Virus record (IMG/VR): IMGVR_UViG_3300032304_001269
Coordinates: 10,067-74,066 of that record
Length of the DNA stretch: 64,000 nt
Source of the DNA: a virus
Taxonomy: Duplodnaviria > Heunggongvirae > Uroviricota > Caudoviricetes
Strand: one strand, 5' to 3'
Under the pieces are notes generated by a model, which was given only the letters and a program-made list of their open reading frames with translations, did not search any database and was not told the origin of the DNA. Each line of letters begins with the position of its first letter. Within the stretch, counting starts at the first letter, position 1. Below, piece after piece: positions 1 through 10,026 of this stretch. The position numbers were made by a program, and so were the translations under genes.

Positions 1-77
1 AGATTACTGAAATGTCAACTCTTGCACTGCTAATTAGTAGAGTATATACTGTTGTATCACGTTAATAAAGGAATTTT

Positions 78-665
78 ATGCTAGTACCAATGGTAGTTGA
101 ATCTACATCAAAAGGCGAACGGGCCTATGACATCTACAGCCGTTTGCTTAAAGAGCGTATTATTATGTTGAATGGACCGGTGGAAGATCACATGGCCAAT
201 GTTGTAGTTGCCCAATTGCTGTTCTTAGAGAGCGAGAATCCAGACAAAGATATAAATTTGTTTATCAATTCGCCAGGCGGTGTTATCACAGCAGGCATGG
301 CCATCTACGATACCATGCAGTTTATCAAGTGCGATGTGACCACTTATGTTATGGGACAGGCCTGCTCCATGGGCAGCTTTTTAGCACAAGCAGGTGCCAA
401 AGGCAAACGATACATGTTGCCCTATGCTAGACACATGATCCATCAGCCCAGCGGCGGTGCTCGTGGTATGCAGAGCGATATCGAAATCCAGTACAAAGAA
501 ATCACTAAGATGAAAACAATCTTAACTGAACTCTATGTCAAACACAACTCTGCAGGCAAGACATATCAAGACTTTGAACGTGATATGGATCGTGATACAT
601 TCATGAGTGCAGAAGAAGCACTGGCCTACGGTCTAGTAGATAAAATAATTGAGAAACGACCATGA
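78..665 (+). CDS. clpP: ATP-dependent Clp protease proteolytic subunit ClpP
   Basis: 195 aa. ClpP catalytic-triad context is present: GQACSMGS (Ser), MIHQPSGG (His) and DRD. An AAAGGA RBS lies upstream. Confidence 0.9.
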   Translation: MLVPMVVESTSKGERAYDIYSRLLKERIIMLNGPVEDHMANVVVAQLLFLESENPDKDINLFINSPGGVITAGMAIYDTMQFIKCDVTTYVMGQACSMGSFLAQAGAKGKRYMLPYARHMIHQPSGGARGMQSDIEIQYKEITKMKTILTELYVKHNSAGKTYQDFERDMDRDTFMSAEEALAYGLVDKIIEKRP

Positions 666-1045
666 ACTTACAAACATTAGGTAAAATAGACAAAGGGTGG
701 GGATTCGAATTGGTGTTTGCCAACAACGACAAATACTGCGGAAAACTTTTGGTATTTGATCGTGCAGGTGCCAAAACCAGTTTGGTGTTTCACAAAGAGA
801 AATACAAGAGTTGGTTCATCAATGCTGGCAAGTTCCGAGTTACCTATATCGATGTCAGCACAGGTGAAACCAAGGAAGCTATTCTAGAAGAAGGCAAGAC
901 CGCAGACTTCGGTGCCCTTGGCCCGCATCAGATTGAAGCACTGGTTGCCAACAGTGTGATCTTTGAAGTCAGTACTGCTGACTACGTGGAAGATCGCTTT
1001 AGACTTGCGCCGGGTGACACGCAAACGAAGCAGTCAGCGCAGTAA
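662..1045 (+). CDS. hypothetical protein
   Basis: 127-aa ORF whose start overlaps the clpP stop (ATGA). No recognisable motif. Confidence 0.45.
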   Translation: MNLQTLGKIDKGWGFELVFANNDKYCGKLLVFDRAGAKTSLVFHKEKYKSWFINAGKFRVTYIDVSTGETKEAILEEGKTADFGALGPHQIEALVANSVIFEVSTADYVEDRFRLAPGDTQTKQSAQ

Positions 1046-2210
1046 TCAAATCTTCAATCATACTATCATCGTGGAACGGAGTAGGTGCAATACGTAATCT
1101 TTCCGTGCCCACAGCCACAGTAGGGGAATTAATTGGCTGGATATAGATGTTGTGCTCATTAAGCAGATCATCACTGATGGCCTTGCATCGTTTGGCTTCC
1201 CCAATTAGGATAGGAACAATGTGTGTGGTAGTACATTCCATAGCAGGCATGCCAGCCACTGCCAATCTATGCTTTAACTTTCTAGCACGTTCTTGATGTT
1301 TATCTCTGAGCTCTTGATGATCCTTGAGATACTTGACCGCAGCCAGAGCCCCTGCACACGAAACAGGGCTCATTGATGTAGTGAATATAAAACCTGCAGC
1401 TACAGAACGGATGGCGTCGATGACCTCAGCATCGGCAGCTATATAGCCACCTTGGACTCCATAGGCTTTCCCTAATGTACCGTTGACTATGTCAACACGG
1501 GATTGTAGCCCTAGCTCTTCAACTTTCCCACCACCGTGGGGTCCATAGAGTCCTACTGCATGTACTTCATCGATGTAGGTCATAGCACCATATCGATCTG
1601 CTAGGTCGCAGATCTCTTTGATGTGTCCTACGTCGCCATCCATTGAATAAACTGATTCAAATACAATACAAGGCACGTTGCCTGTGAGTTGTATTGAAGT
1701 TAGTATGTCTTCTAGGTGATCGAGGTCGTTGTGACGGAACACTGTTTTAGGTGCTCGGCTGTGTATCATGCCAATGACTAGGCTGTTGTGGTTCTCACTG
1801 TCCGACACAAAATGTATGTTGGGTATGATTTTACTTAGAGCAATTAATGTCCATTCGTTGGCTACATAAGCAGAGCTGAACAGTAGTGCTCGTGCCTTGT
1901 TGTGTAGAGTGGCTAGCTCGTGTTCTAGAGCCACATGATAGTGGCTAGTTCCTGCAATGTTGCGGGTGCCACCTGATCCTGCACCTGTGTGATCTAGTGC
2001 TGTATGCATGGCGTCTAACACAACCTTGTGCTGGCCCATGCCTAAATAGTCGTTGCTGCACCAGTTTGTAATGCTCTTGATGTTGTAGGGCCCGTACCAC
2101 ATGGCTGAAGGAAATTTGCCCTTTTCACGGATGATGTCATTGAACACACGGTATTTTCCGTTATCTTTCAGCGTTTTAAGCAGTGTGTTAAAGGGAGTTT
2201 TGTTTATCAT
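999..2210 (-). CDS. hemA: 5-aminolevulinate synthase (PLP-dependent alpha-oxoamine synthase family, ALAS/HemA type)
   Basis: 403 aa. [12 protein letters not shown] near the N-terminus, [13 protein letters not shown], and a TLGKAYG Lys-PLP site all match ALAS. They do not fit BioF or Kbl as well. Confidence 0.8.
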   Translation of the reverse strand: MINKTPFNTLLKTLKDNGKYRVFNDIIREKGKFPSAMWYGPYNIKSITNWCSNDYLGMGQHKVVLDAMHTALDHTGAGSGGTRNIAGTSHYHVALEHELATLHNKARALLFSSAYVANEWTLIALSKIIPNIHFVSDSENHNSLVIGMIHSRAPKTVFRHNDLDHLEDILTSIQLTGNVPCIVFESVYSMDGDVGHIKEICDLADRYGAMTYIDEVHAVGLYGPHGGGKVEELGLQSRVDIVNGTLGKAYGVQGGYIAADAEVIDAIRSVAAGFIFTTSMSPVSCAGALAAVKYLKDHQELRDKHQERARKLKHRLAVAGMPAMECTTTHIVPILIGEAKRCKAISDDLLNEHNIYIQPINSPTVAVGTERLRIAPTPFHDDSMIEDLITALTASFACHPAQV

Positions 2211-2254
2211 AGTAATGTTATTTACCCTGCTAAATATTGCATTAGGGAGTAATA

Positions 2255-2677
2255 ATGGCTACGATTAACTATTGGGGTTTGTCAAAGAAGGGATCAGTAA
2301 CTGTGGCAATGACAGTTACTATCGATCAACTGATAACAGCCATAGCCACTGATGAAGGATTGGCCACAGAATACTATACTGTTAGTTCTATGAACGACTT
2401 CAGCAAAAGCAGCCTAACGTTCGGTGATAGTACTACAACACTAACACAGCTAGGACTGGTCGATGGCGGCATAGTTCTATGTACCACAAATCAAACAGGC
2501 AGCAAACAAGATCGACAACTACAGAAATTAGCCATAGCTGCTAAAACTAAGACTGTTGATGGCTACACAAGAGCAACACTAGATGCTACACAACTACCAA
2601 CCTTGTACAGCGGTAACGATGTGGTTGATAATGCCAACGTGGGTGGCTTGGTTGTTGGTCGTCCTTGGACAATATAA
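2255..2677 (+). CDS. hypothetical protein, Thr/Gly-rich, possibly virion-associated
   Basis: 140-aa ORF lying upstream of the fibre gene. Confidence 0.4.
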   Translation: MATINYWGLSKKGSVTVAMTVTIDQLITAIATDEGLATEYYTVSSMNDFSKSSLTFGDSTTTLTQLGLVDGGIVLCTTNQTGSKQDRQLQKLAIAAKTKTVDGYTRATLDATQLPTLYSGNDVVDNANVGGLVVGRPWTI

Positions 2678-2695
2678 TTAAAAGAGAGAACACAT

Positions 2696-3001
2696 ATGAG
2701 ACTAGCAGACATCATGCGAGACATCGCAGACTTAATAGATCAAAAGCAAGGACAAGGTGCTGACCTAAGTCAAAACTCAACCCAACAGCGAATGACTCAT
2801 GCTGAAGTAGATGAGCCTGAATTAGACGACGAGCCAGTGATGGTTCCTGCACTGCAACAGAAGCATGAACTACTAAAGAAAGTAGCGGGTGTGCCAAGTG
2901 CATATGATGACGAAGACAACAAAGAAACTGGCGAACTAGATCGTATGCGTAAGATGGCTGGCATTGTTATTGCTGGTGATGAGATCGACGACCTAAATTA
3001 A
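2696..3001 (+). CDS. hypothetical acidic protein
   Basis: 101 aa, Asp/Glu-rich, with an AGGAGA-like RBS context. Confidence 0.4.
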   Translation: MRLADIMRDIADLIDQKQGQGADLSQNSTQQRMTHAEVDEPELDDEPVMVPALQQKHELLKKVAGVPSAYDDEDNKETGELDRMRKMAGIVIAGDEIDDLN

Positions 3002-3013
3002 CCAGGAGCGGTA

Positions 3014-5218
3014 ATGGCTATTAGAAAAATTGCAACTGGACAGATGTCCTACTCTGCTGCCACTTATGTGGGTACAGCTGGCACTATCTTTTACGATGAA
3101 CTAACTGGCCTGTTAAAGCTCAGCGATGGCGTTACTCCTGGCGGCGGCAATATAGGTATTAGTGCTAACATAATCACAGCTGAAAGCATTGTTCCAGATG
3201 TAGATAATGTTCACGGGCTCGGCACAGCGTTGCTACGATGGAGCCATATACACATTGGTGATGAAGGCATTTACTTTGACGGTGATGACTCAACCATCAG
3301 CCCTCCACAGACCGTGCCATATCGTCCGCAATCATTGGTAGGAAGTCTAATACCACAAGATGACAATGATGTTGATCTTGGTTCTCCAACCAAAAGGTTT
3401 GCCAACCTGTATCTTGGCTACCAAGGTTTATTTCTAGCAGACACAATCACAGACGCCAACATCAATATTGTGGCTACTAACGGCACACTGTTTTTAAATG
3501 GTGCTCAAAATCTACGATTAGGTGATCTAGTTATTGAGAACACCACCTTAAAAAGTTTTACTCCTGACCTAGACGTCAGCGTTGGTGAAACAGGCGACAC
3601 TGGCTTCTTCTACGTCAAACGTAAGGCGCAGTTTGACAATACCTCATTCAGCAGCATAGAAGGCATGGTGAGTATCAATGCTTCAGGTGGTGCCGAACCC
3701 GCTACTATATTCCCAGATACCCTATTGCAATTAACCGGCAGACCCAACAAGAACAGTCGTGTCACACAACGATCATACGGTAGCACAGGGGTAGTAGGTG
3801 GAGACAACAGTTATGCTGTATGGGCCAGTTATGCAGCCCGTGGCTCAGTGGCAAGCCCAGCCGCACTCAAAGCCAACGACATACTGATGCGACTCAGTGC
3901 CAACGGCTATGGAGCAACTTCATTTGGATCAGGTGGCGGTGCTAGAATAGAAGTGGTTGCCAAAGAAAACTTCACTGACTCAGCCAAAGGCACCAAGATC
4001 AACTTCTGGACTGTGCCTACAGGACAGGTTGCCAGCCAAACAGTAGCGTCAATTGACAGCACTGGTGTGGTCACCACTGGTCTAAAGTTCAGCGGTGACG
4101 ACACAGTTCAAACCACAGCAGGTATTCCTTTAACACAAAAAGGTGCAACTTCTGGTGTGGCCACTCTAGATGCGGGCGGTAAACTCACTGCCGCACAGAT
4201 TCCTGACAGCCTATCGGGTGCAGTGGTGTTTAAGGGTGTGTGGAACGCTAACACTAACACGCCTACACTCAGCGACTCACTACCTGTAGGACTACAACCT
4301 GGTTGGGAATACATTGTAGAAGTAGGCGGAACAAGAGATATCGGCGATGGCAGTAAAGTATTTGTCGCAGGCGACTTTGTTATATACGATGGCACACATT
4401 GGAAACAGGTTCCAAGCGGCAACTTGTTCACCAGCCTCACAGGTGGCGGTGGCATCACCGTTAGTCAATCAACTGGTGCTATCACATTAGGTAGTACAGC
4501 CACTCCGTTGTCCAATGTCAGCACTATTGTTAGTCGTGACAGTTCAGGCAACTTTGCCGCTAATATTATCACAGCCAACCTAACTGGTAATGTCACTGGC
4601 ACAGTGTCAGGCAATGCTGGCACAGTCACAAATGGTGTTTATACCACAGACACTGCCACAGTTACAAATACTATGTTGGCTGGCTCAATTGCCAATAACA
4701 AGTTATCTAACAGCACCGTCACAGTAAATGGAACTGCAATAGCATTAGGTGCTTCAGGTACAGTCACAGCGGCAGCAGGTACACTGACTGGAAATACTCT
4801 GGCATCAGGAGTAACAGCAAGTAGCCTAACATCAGTAGGCACATTGGGCAGTCTAGCAGTTACTAACGGCATAACAGCAACTAACTATACTGGACTGGTC
4901 ACTCACTCTATTAGAAATGCAGGAGCAGTGGGTGGAACTACATTAACACTCAATGTGACCACAGACGATATTGTTAGATGCACATTTACAACTGATTTTA
5001 CTGTGGCATTTAGTAACATTGTTGCTGGTAGAGTAATTACACTCATAGCTACCAATACCTCTGCTGGTGATAGTGACGTTATTACTTCCGGCGTAGCCGC
5101 GTTGAATACCACTAGTGTTGGAACGTTTACAGTTACACAACAGACCACAGCAGTAATCACCTACTACAGTCTTGACGGTGACACCGCCAACATCTATGCT
5201 TCGGCAGTTTACGCTTGA
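3014..5218 (+). CDS. tail fibre-like protein (Gly/Thr/Ser/Val-rich, repetitive)
   Basis: 734 aa. Low-complexity TGxVTG and NxT repeats typical of phage fibres. The antisense ORFs in this interval are composition artefacts. Confidence 0.55.
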   Translation: MAIRKIATGQMSYSAATYVGTAGTIFYDELTGLLKLSDGVTPGGGNIGISANIITAESIVPDVDNVHGLGTALLRWSHIHIGDEGIYFDGDDSTISPPQTVPYRPQSLVGSLIPQDDNDVDLGSPTKRFANLYLGYQGLFLADTITDANINIVATNGTLFLNGAQNLRLGDLVIENTTLKSFTPDLDVSVGETGDTGFFYVKRKAQFDNTSFSSIEGMVSINASGGAEPATIFPDTLLQLTGRPNKNSRVTQRSYGSTGVVGGDNSYAVWASYAARGSVASPAALKANDILMRLSANGYGATSFGSGGGARIEVVAKENFTDSAKGTKINFWTVPTGQVASQTVASIDSTGVVTTGLKFSGDDTVQTTAGIPLTQKGATSGVATLDAGGKLTAAQIPDSLSGAVVFKGVWNANTNTPTLSDSLPVGLQPGWEYIVEVGGTRDIGDGSKVFVAGDFVIYDGTHWKQVPSGNLFTSLTGGGGITVSQSTGAITLGSTATPLSNVSTIVSRDSSGNFAANIITANLTGNVTGTVSGNAGTVTNGVYTTDTATVTNTMLAGSIANNKLSNSTVTVNGTAIALGASGTVTAAAGTLTGNTLASGVTASSLTSVGTLGSLAVTNGITATNYTGLVTHSIRNAGAVGGTTLTLNVTTDDIVRCTFTTDFTVAFSNIVAGRVITLIATNTSAGDSDVITSGVAALNTTSVGTFTVTQQTTAVITYYSLDGDTANIYASAVYA

Positions 5219-5496
5219 TAGGGTTTCTAATGTATAGAAAATATATCAACATCGTAGAAGCAGCCAATAAAGGCTGTCCGATAGCAACCTATGACATAGA
5301 CGTTAATCTAAAGAATCGTCAAAAAGCCATAGATGAATATCACTACGGTCCAGCCAATCCCGAAGCACCAGAATCATATTGGAAGGATGCAGCTGATCGT
5401 TGGAGCAATCGTAGCGAGCGATGCCTGGACTACTTTATACAGTCTTGGCGGTATGGATTCCAGCGGCGACACTTTTACAGCTACCCTACAGGATAA
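5215..5496 (+). CDS. hypothetical protein (start uncertain)
   Basis: The track ORF starts at TTG; the first ATG is at 5230. An alternative overlapping frame at 5333..5584 cannot be excluded. Confidence 0.3.
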   Translation: MIGFLMYRKYINIVEAANKGCPIATYDIDVNLKNRQKAIDEYHYGPANPEAPESYWKDAADRWSNRSERCLDYFIQSWRYGFQRRHFYSYPTG

Positions 5497-5594
5497 AGGA
5501 GCAGGTACAATCTATCGTGTTACCTTTATGCGTAGTGATTCTGGCGGAGATGGCTTCAATATCATAGCAGAGAGATTATTATAAGGAAACAACA

Positions 5595-5744
5595 ATGGAA
5601 GACAATGACACCTCATATCAAAGATTAAAACCCAAATGTTCATGCTGGTGCACCGGACACTGCGGATCTAGCTGTATGACTGACGGCTGCGATTGCAATG
5701 AATGCCAGTGTGATGATTGTTTAGATAAAAAGGAAAACAAATGA
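5595..5744 (+). CDS. small Cys-rich peptide (49 aa, 11 Cys), a candidate RiPP precursor or metallothionein-like peptide
   Basis: Not in the ORF track because it is under 60 aa. An AAGGAAAC RBS lies 5 nt upstream of the ATG. Sequence: MEDNDTSYQRLKPKCSCWCTGHCGSSCMTDGCDCNECQCDDCLDKKENK. Its stop overlaps the next ATG (ATGA). Confidence 0.45.
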   Translation: MEDNDTSYQRLKPKCSCWCTGHCGSSCMTDGCDCNECQCDDCLDKKENK

Positions 5745-6376
5745 GCTTTTTAGTAGCAAACCTTCCCCCCATACACGGTTTTGTTCGTAGAGAATTTCTC
5801 TACGATTTTAAAAGTGGTCATGATGAGTACGAGCCCTGCATATGGGTTTCAATCAAGAGCCTACGCAGTCAAGCATTTAGAATAGAATCCTACTTGCCAC
5901 GCTACGGTGCTCTTTATGACAAGCTGCCATTGCATGCCTATGTGAGCAGAGACACTGACCTAGAACCAGAACAGTTCCTACCCTTGGACACACTACAGAT
6001 CTGGGATTGTTTTAGCTATGATATGGCAGTGATACAGAAAGCATTTTTACGCAATCTCAGCTGTAAATTCTATGCCAAGAATCGAGAACTGTATCAGGGC
6101 AACTATCTATTCACTGTAGACAATGCCGCACCCGACATGAACATCATAGATACCACCTATTCAGAATGGCCCGAAGATCACAAGAGCTTTAACTTCATTG
6201 AACTAGACAACGGACAGTATGCTGCACAGCCCAACAATCGCTGCTTGTTCTTTGATGCTGCCAGCAATCCCAAGGAAATGCTGTTTCCAGATTTCAAAGT
6301 CTGCACTAAAAAATACGTGGTAGAACAGAACCCTAAGTGGCGTCTAGGTGACAGCGACACTGTCACCTATGAGTGA
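5741..6376 (+). CDS. hypothetical protein, translationally coupled to the Cys-rich peptide
   Basis: 211 aa with no recognisable motif. ATGA overlap with the upstream peptide ORF. Confidence 0.5.
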   Translation: MSFLVANLPPIHGFVRREFLYDFKSGHDEYEPCIWVSIKSLRSQAFRIESYLPRYGALYDKLPLHAYVSRDTDLEPEQFLPLDTLQIWDCFSYDMAVIQKAFLRNLSCKFYAKNRELYQGNYLFTVDNAAPDMNIIDTTYSEWPEDHKSFNFIELDNGQYAAQPNNRCLFFDAASNPKEMLFPDFKVCTKKYVVEQNPKWRLGDSDTVTYE

Positions 6377-6379
6377 TTT

Positions 6380-7426
6380 ATGCATTGTCCAAGACTAGAC
6401 CACTTTGCAAAAATTTTACCCAACGATAATATAAAAAATCAAACTGTGGTAATGAATTGTTGTGTTATGACTAATGCACCTCTATTCGACAGTTACGACG
6501 AAATGATGAGCAGTCAATGGTTATCAACCACTAAAAAATTATTGAAATATGGTCGATGGCCTAACGAATGTGTTAGATGTAAAGAACAAGAAGAGCTAGG
6601 CTTAAAAAGTGATAGATTGCAATGGATCGATTATCATAAAGATGCTCTCGTAGACCACGGTTCTGATTATCTAACGGTATCCATGATGGTAGATAATATT
6701 TGTAACACAGCCTGCCAATTTTGCGATCCTTATATCAGCTCAAAAATTGCTTCACTTCAAAAATTTCCATTAAAAATTCGACAGATTGGTCCTTACGAAG
6801 AAAAACTACCTGTACACAGAATCACTCAAATAGACCTAGAAGGAGGAGAACCTTCTAACAGTAAAAATGTTAAACAACTGTTAACCAATTTACCGCAACG
6901 AGTAAACACTGTAAAAATTTACACAAATGCAAGATCTTTTTTATACGAACTTGTACCTGTTGCAGAAAGAGGTATTAAAGTTCAAATCAGCATATCGTTA
7001 GACGGAGTCGGGCCAGTACAGGAATATGTTAGATGGCCCACCCAATGGAGTGAATTTTGTGAAACTATTGGAAAATACAAAGACCTGCAGGTTAGATTCC
7101 CGGATACAGTTGTTTTGTCTTTTAAAACCACAATCTGTGCTTTAAATCTCTTTGATCTTCCAAATATTATTGATTTTGCTGAAAAACAAAATATTAGTCA
7201 TTCTGTGTCTCAACTCGCATACCCCCGGGTATTACAAATTTCTGCAACAAATAGTTATACAGCAACTGCCAAGCAACGATTGATAAAAAGTCAGTATGAA
7301 TTGTGCCAACAATTCGCTCTGGGAACAGCCACTCAAAAAAAAGAAAATCAGCAAGAAATTGACAAATTCATCGATCAACAAGACACGCTACGTAAAATTT
7401 CAATCAAAGATTATATCGTTAACTGA
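6380..7426 (+). CDS. radical SAM enzyme
   Basis: 348 aa. CNTACQFC is a CxxxCxxC [4Fe-4S]/SAM cluster motif, and a downstream IDLEGGEPS (GGE) motif is also present. No C-terminal Cys-rich SPASM-like region. Confidence 0.65.
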   Translation: MHCPRLDHFAKILPNDNIKNQTVVMNCCVMTNAPLFDSYDEMMSSQWLSTTKKLLKYGRWPNECVRCKEQEELGLKSDRLQWIDYHKDALVDHGSDYLTVSMMVDNICNTACQFCDPYISSKIASLQKFPLKIRQIGPYEEKLPVHRITQIDLEGGEPSNSKNVKQLLTNLPQRVNTVKIYTNARSFLYELVPVAERGIKVQISISLDGVGPVQEYVRWPTQWSEFCETIGKYKDLQVRFPDTVVLSFKTTICALNLFDLPNIIDFAEKQNISHSVSQLAYPRVLQISATNSYTATAKQRLIKSQYELCQQFALGTATQKKENQQEIDKFIDQQDTLRKISIKDYIVN

Positions 7427-7462
7427 TGTTTTAATTAATAAATATGATTATTAGGAACCAAC

Positions 7463-7909
7463 ATGAGAAAACTACTACTATTATTATTGGTGCTGCCGTT
7501 GGTAGCATTTGCACAAAAAACACCAAAAGGCGTTACTTATGATGCTCAGATACTTAGAGTAACGGATGGCGACACAGTTGTTATTGCCGCACCCTTTCTA
7601 CCTGCACCCCTTAAACCAGAACTTGCTGTTAGAGTCTACGGAGTCGATACTCCGGAAAAAGGACACAGAGCACAATGTCCCAGTGAAGCACAGAGAGGCG
7701 AAGCTGCTTCCGCATTCACTAAAAATGCAATTGCTACAGCAGCATCTACAGGCGGCAAGTTTCAAGCTACTCTGTATGGGTGGGACAAGTTTGGCGGTCG
7801 AGTATTGGGTGATATATTAGTCAACGGACAGAGTCTTAGAGCTGCTCTGATTGCCAATGGATTTGCTCGCGAGTATTACGGAGAAGCCAAACAGAGTTGG
7901 TGCCAGTAA
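7463..7909 (+). CDS. secreted staphylococcal-nuclease (SNase/thermonuclease)-like nuclease
   Basis: Signal peptide MRKLLLLLLVLPLVAFA. SNase motifs present: TDGDTVV, RVYGVDTPEK and DKFGGRVLGD. Confidence 0.75.
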   Translation: MRKLLLLLLVLPLVAFAQKTPKGVTYDAQILRVTDGDTVVIAAPFLPAPLKPELAVRVYGVDTPEKGHRAQCPSEAQRGEAASAFTKNAIATAASTGGKFQATLYGWDKFGGRVLGDILVNGQSLRAALIANGFAREYYGEAKQSWCQ

Positions 7910-7919
7910 TAAATACAAG

Positions 7920-8792
7920 ATGCGAATAGAATCTTACCAATTGTTTTCACAGTTACTTGAAGGCTATCTCAACGAAGCCAGCACCAGTCTCAATTTGATC
8001 CTAGACAATCCTGGTGGCAAGCAGGTGGTCAAACATCTTCACACAGACATGGGTCTTGCACATGATCAGGATTATCGACAGGTAGAAAAGATATCGTGGA
8101 GTGACCTCAAAGACACTAGAAGAGGTGCTTGGGTTATAATCAAAGGTACCACGGGCACAGGAGCTATCCGTGCTACAGCCAGCGGTACTTACCAAGCCAC
8201 TGCCAGCTCAGGCGGTGACGTTGAAAATGCCACAGACAGTCGCGGTGGCAACATCATAGACTTCTTGAAATCTAAAATAGGCAAACTACAGAAATTCTAT
8301 GTAGGAAACAATACTTCAACCGTGCGTGACAAACAAAAGAAACGTGCAGATCAACAAGCAGGCACCGGCACCTCGATCGTCAGCGTAGACAGCCTAACTA
8401 AAAAATTCAAGCCACTGTGGGTCAAAGCTATCACTGCTGCTATCGCAGACGTCAAAGGACATATCGCTAATCAGATCAAGAACGATGCCTTTGATAAAGC
8501 TGCCAAAAAATTAGAACATGTGAAACGACTGCAATCTGCTATTGAATCGTTGGAATCAGATTCCGATACACCCGGATCAGTCAAAGCTGCTATCAATCTT
8601 GCTGTATTAATGGCAGCTAGTCATCACTATCCAGAACAGACTGGCGCTATCAGTCGAGGTGGCTATAATAGCGGGTATAATGCACAACGTTCAGAAGGTG
8701 GTAGTCAACTGCTGAAAGATATCGCAAGCGGCGATCAGAAAAAACTCAGCACGGTGCTGACATTCTTCAAAAGGAGTTTGATCTCAGGATGA
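7920..8792 (+). CDS. hypothetical protein
   Basis: First in-frame ATG of track ORF 7851..8792; the track start is TTG and overlaps the nuclease gene. Confidence 0.5.
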   Translation: MRIESYQLFSQLLEGYLNEASTSLNLILDNPGGKQVVKHLHTDMGLAHDQDYRQVEKISWSDLKDTRRGAWVIIKGTTGTGAIRATASGTYQATASSGGDVENATDSRGGNIIDFLKSKIGKLQKFYVGNNTSTVRDKQKKRADQQAGTGTSIVSVDSLTKKFKPLWVKAITAAIADVKGHIANQIKNDAFDKAAKKLEHVKRLQSAIESLESDSDTPGSVKAAINLAVLMAASHHYPEQTGAISRGGYNSGYNAQRSEGGSQLLKDIASGDQKKLSTVLTFFKRSLISG

Positions 8793-9910
8793 AACTCAAT
8801 CAAATAGTTCTCGAAGCCAATGTAGCGGCCAAACTCAAAGATCCCAAGATGGTCAAGATGTTGAGTATAGCCATGCGCCATGACAGCAGCTTGCCCAAAG
8901 ATCGTATAGCTAAACTAGGGCCAAAGCCTTCAGATGAAGAAATAGTTCAACTATGGAGCGATCTATTAGATGGTAGTCTCAGCAGCACAGACTACGGTGA
9001 CATCAGTCAAGACGGCAAGTTTGACGAATGGTTGACTCGCATGTACATCAACGGTGTTGCTGACTATGAAGATATTAACGGTGAAGGCGGAGATGCGTTG
9101 GGTGCTTGGAAGGCTCTTAGCATACGCGGCAAGTTAGCAGAAAAAGATCAAGACTTCAACAAGTTTAAAAATCTGCGTCAGATTCAACAGATTACTCAAA
9201 GCCGTGATTATCGTGATGAGCTGAGAAGAATCAAAGACGCGGAAGTTGTTGAAAAACACAAACGTGAAAAGAAAGAAACTACGCTCATAGACAATGAACG
9301 TTTCCTGATCACCCTACCCTATAACTACGGTGCTTGTTATAACTTCAACAATGCACATGGCTATAACGCAAGTTTCTGCACAGGATCAAGTTCAGGGCAG
9401 CGTTGGTTTGAAAGATATGCTCCAGAAGGTCCAATCATCTCTATCTTCGATAAGCAAAATCAAGAAGATGAAAATGGCAAATGGCAAATGCATGCTCCAA
9501 CAGGACAGATGAACAACGGTAATCAAAGTCTAAGCTATAGCCGAGGCGATCAAAAGTTTGCTGAATTATTTCCCGGACTAATGAAAGAGATCATTGCTGC
9601 TGTAAAATCCAATGCCGAAGAAATCAAAACCAACTCCGTGGACATTGTTCGTGGGGGATATGATGTTAATGCAGTTGTCGCTGAAATTAAATCTAAATTA
9701 CCTGCTTCATATGCTTCCGAAAAAGCAAAGCCGGAAGAACCAGAAGTAGATGCCAACGACGGTGCTGGAGTCTACACAGTTACACAGATAGCCTCAGGCA
9801 GGACAGCAAGGATAGAAGGCGAAAGTCGTGCTGATGTTTTACAAAAATTAACAACACGGTATCCCGATAGTACAGAAGCAGACTACACTATCGAGAAAGT
9901 ACAGGAATAA
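8789..9910 (+). CDS. hypothetical protein
   Basis: 373 aa, ATGA-coupled to the upstream gene. Confidence 0.5.
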   Translation: MKLNQIVLEANVAAKLKDPKMVKMLSIAMRHDSSLPKDRIAKLGPKPSDEEIVQLWSDLLDGSLSSTDYGDISQDGKFDEWLTRMYINGVADYEDINGEGGDALGAWKALSIRGKLAEKDQDFNKFKNLRQIQQITQSRDYRDELRRIKDAEVVEKHKREKKETTLIDNERFLITLPYNYGACYNFNNAHGYNASFCTGSSSGQRWFERYAPEGPIISIFDKQNQEDENGKWQMHAPTGQMNNGNQSLSYSRGDQKFAELFPGLMKEIIAAVKSNAEEIKTNSVDIVRGGYDVNAVVAEIKSKLPASYASEKAKPEEPEVDANDGAGVYTVTQIASGRTARIEGESRADVLQKLTTRYPDSTEADYTIEKVQE

Positions 9911-10026
9911 GAACACCCTACCTTAGGAACGTTAGCGTTACTTCAGGGTTGCCCGGCTGCTGGGCAGAGCGTTATGGGAGTCGTGCCCCGGAATGGCGTT
10001 CTAAGTGAGCATTTTTTTCAATTAAA

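Noticed and set aside
3610-5160. Several antisense ORFs (65-116 aa) inside the tail-fibre gene
   Set aside because: They are low-complexity Pro/Val/Thr-rich translations of the reverse strand of a repetitive Gly/Thr-rich gene, with no RBS. They are composition artefacts.
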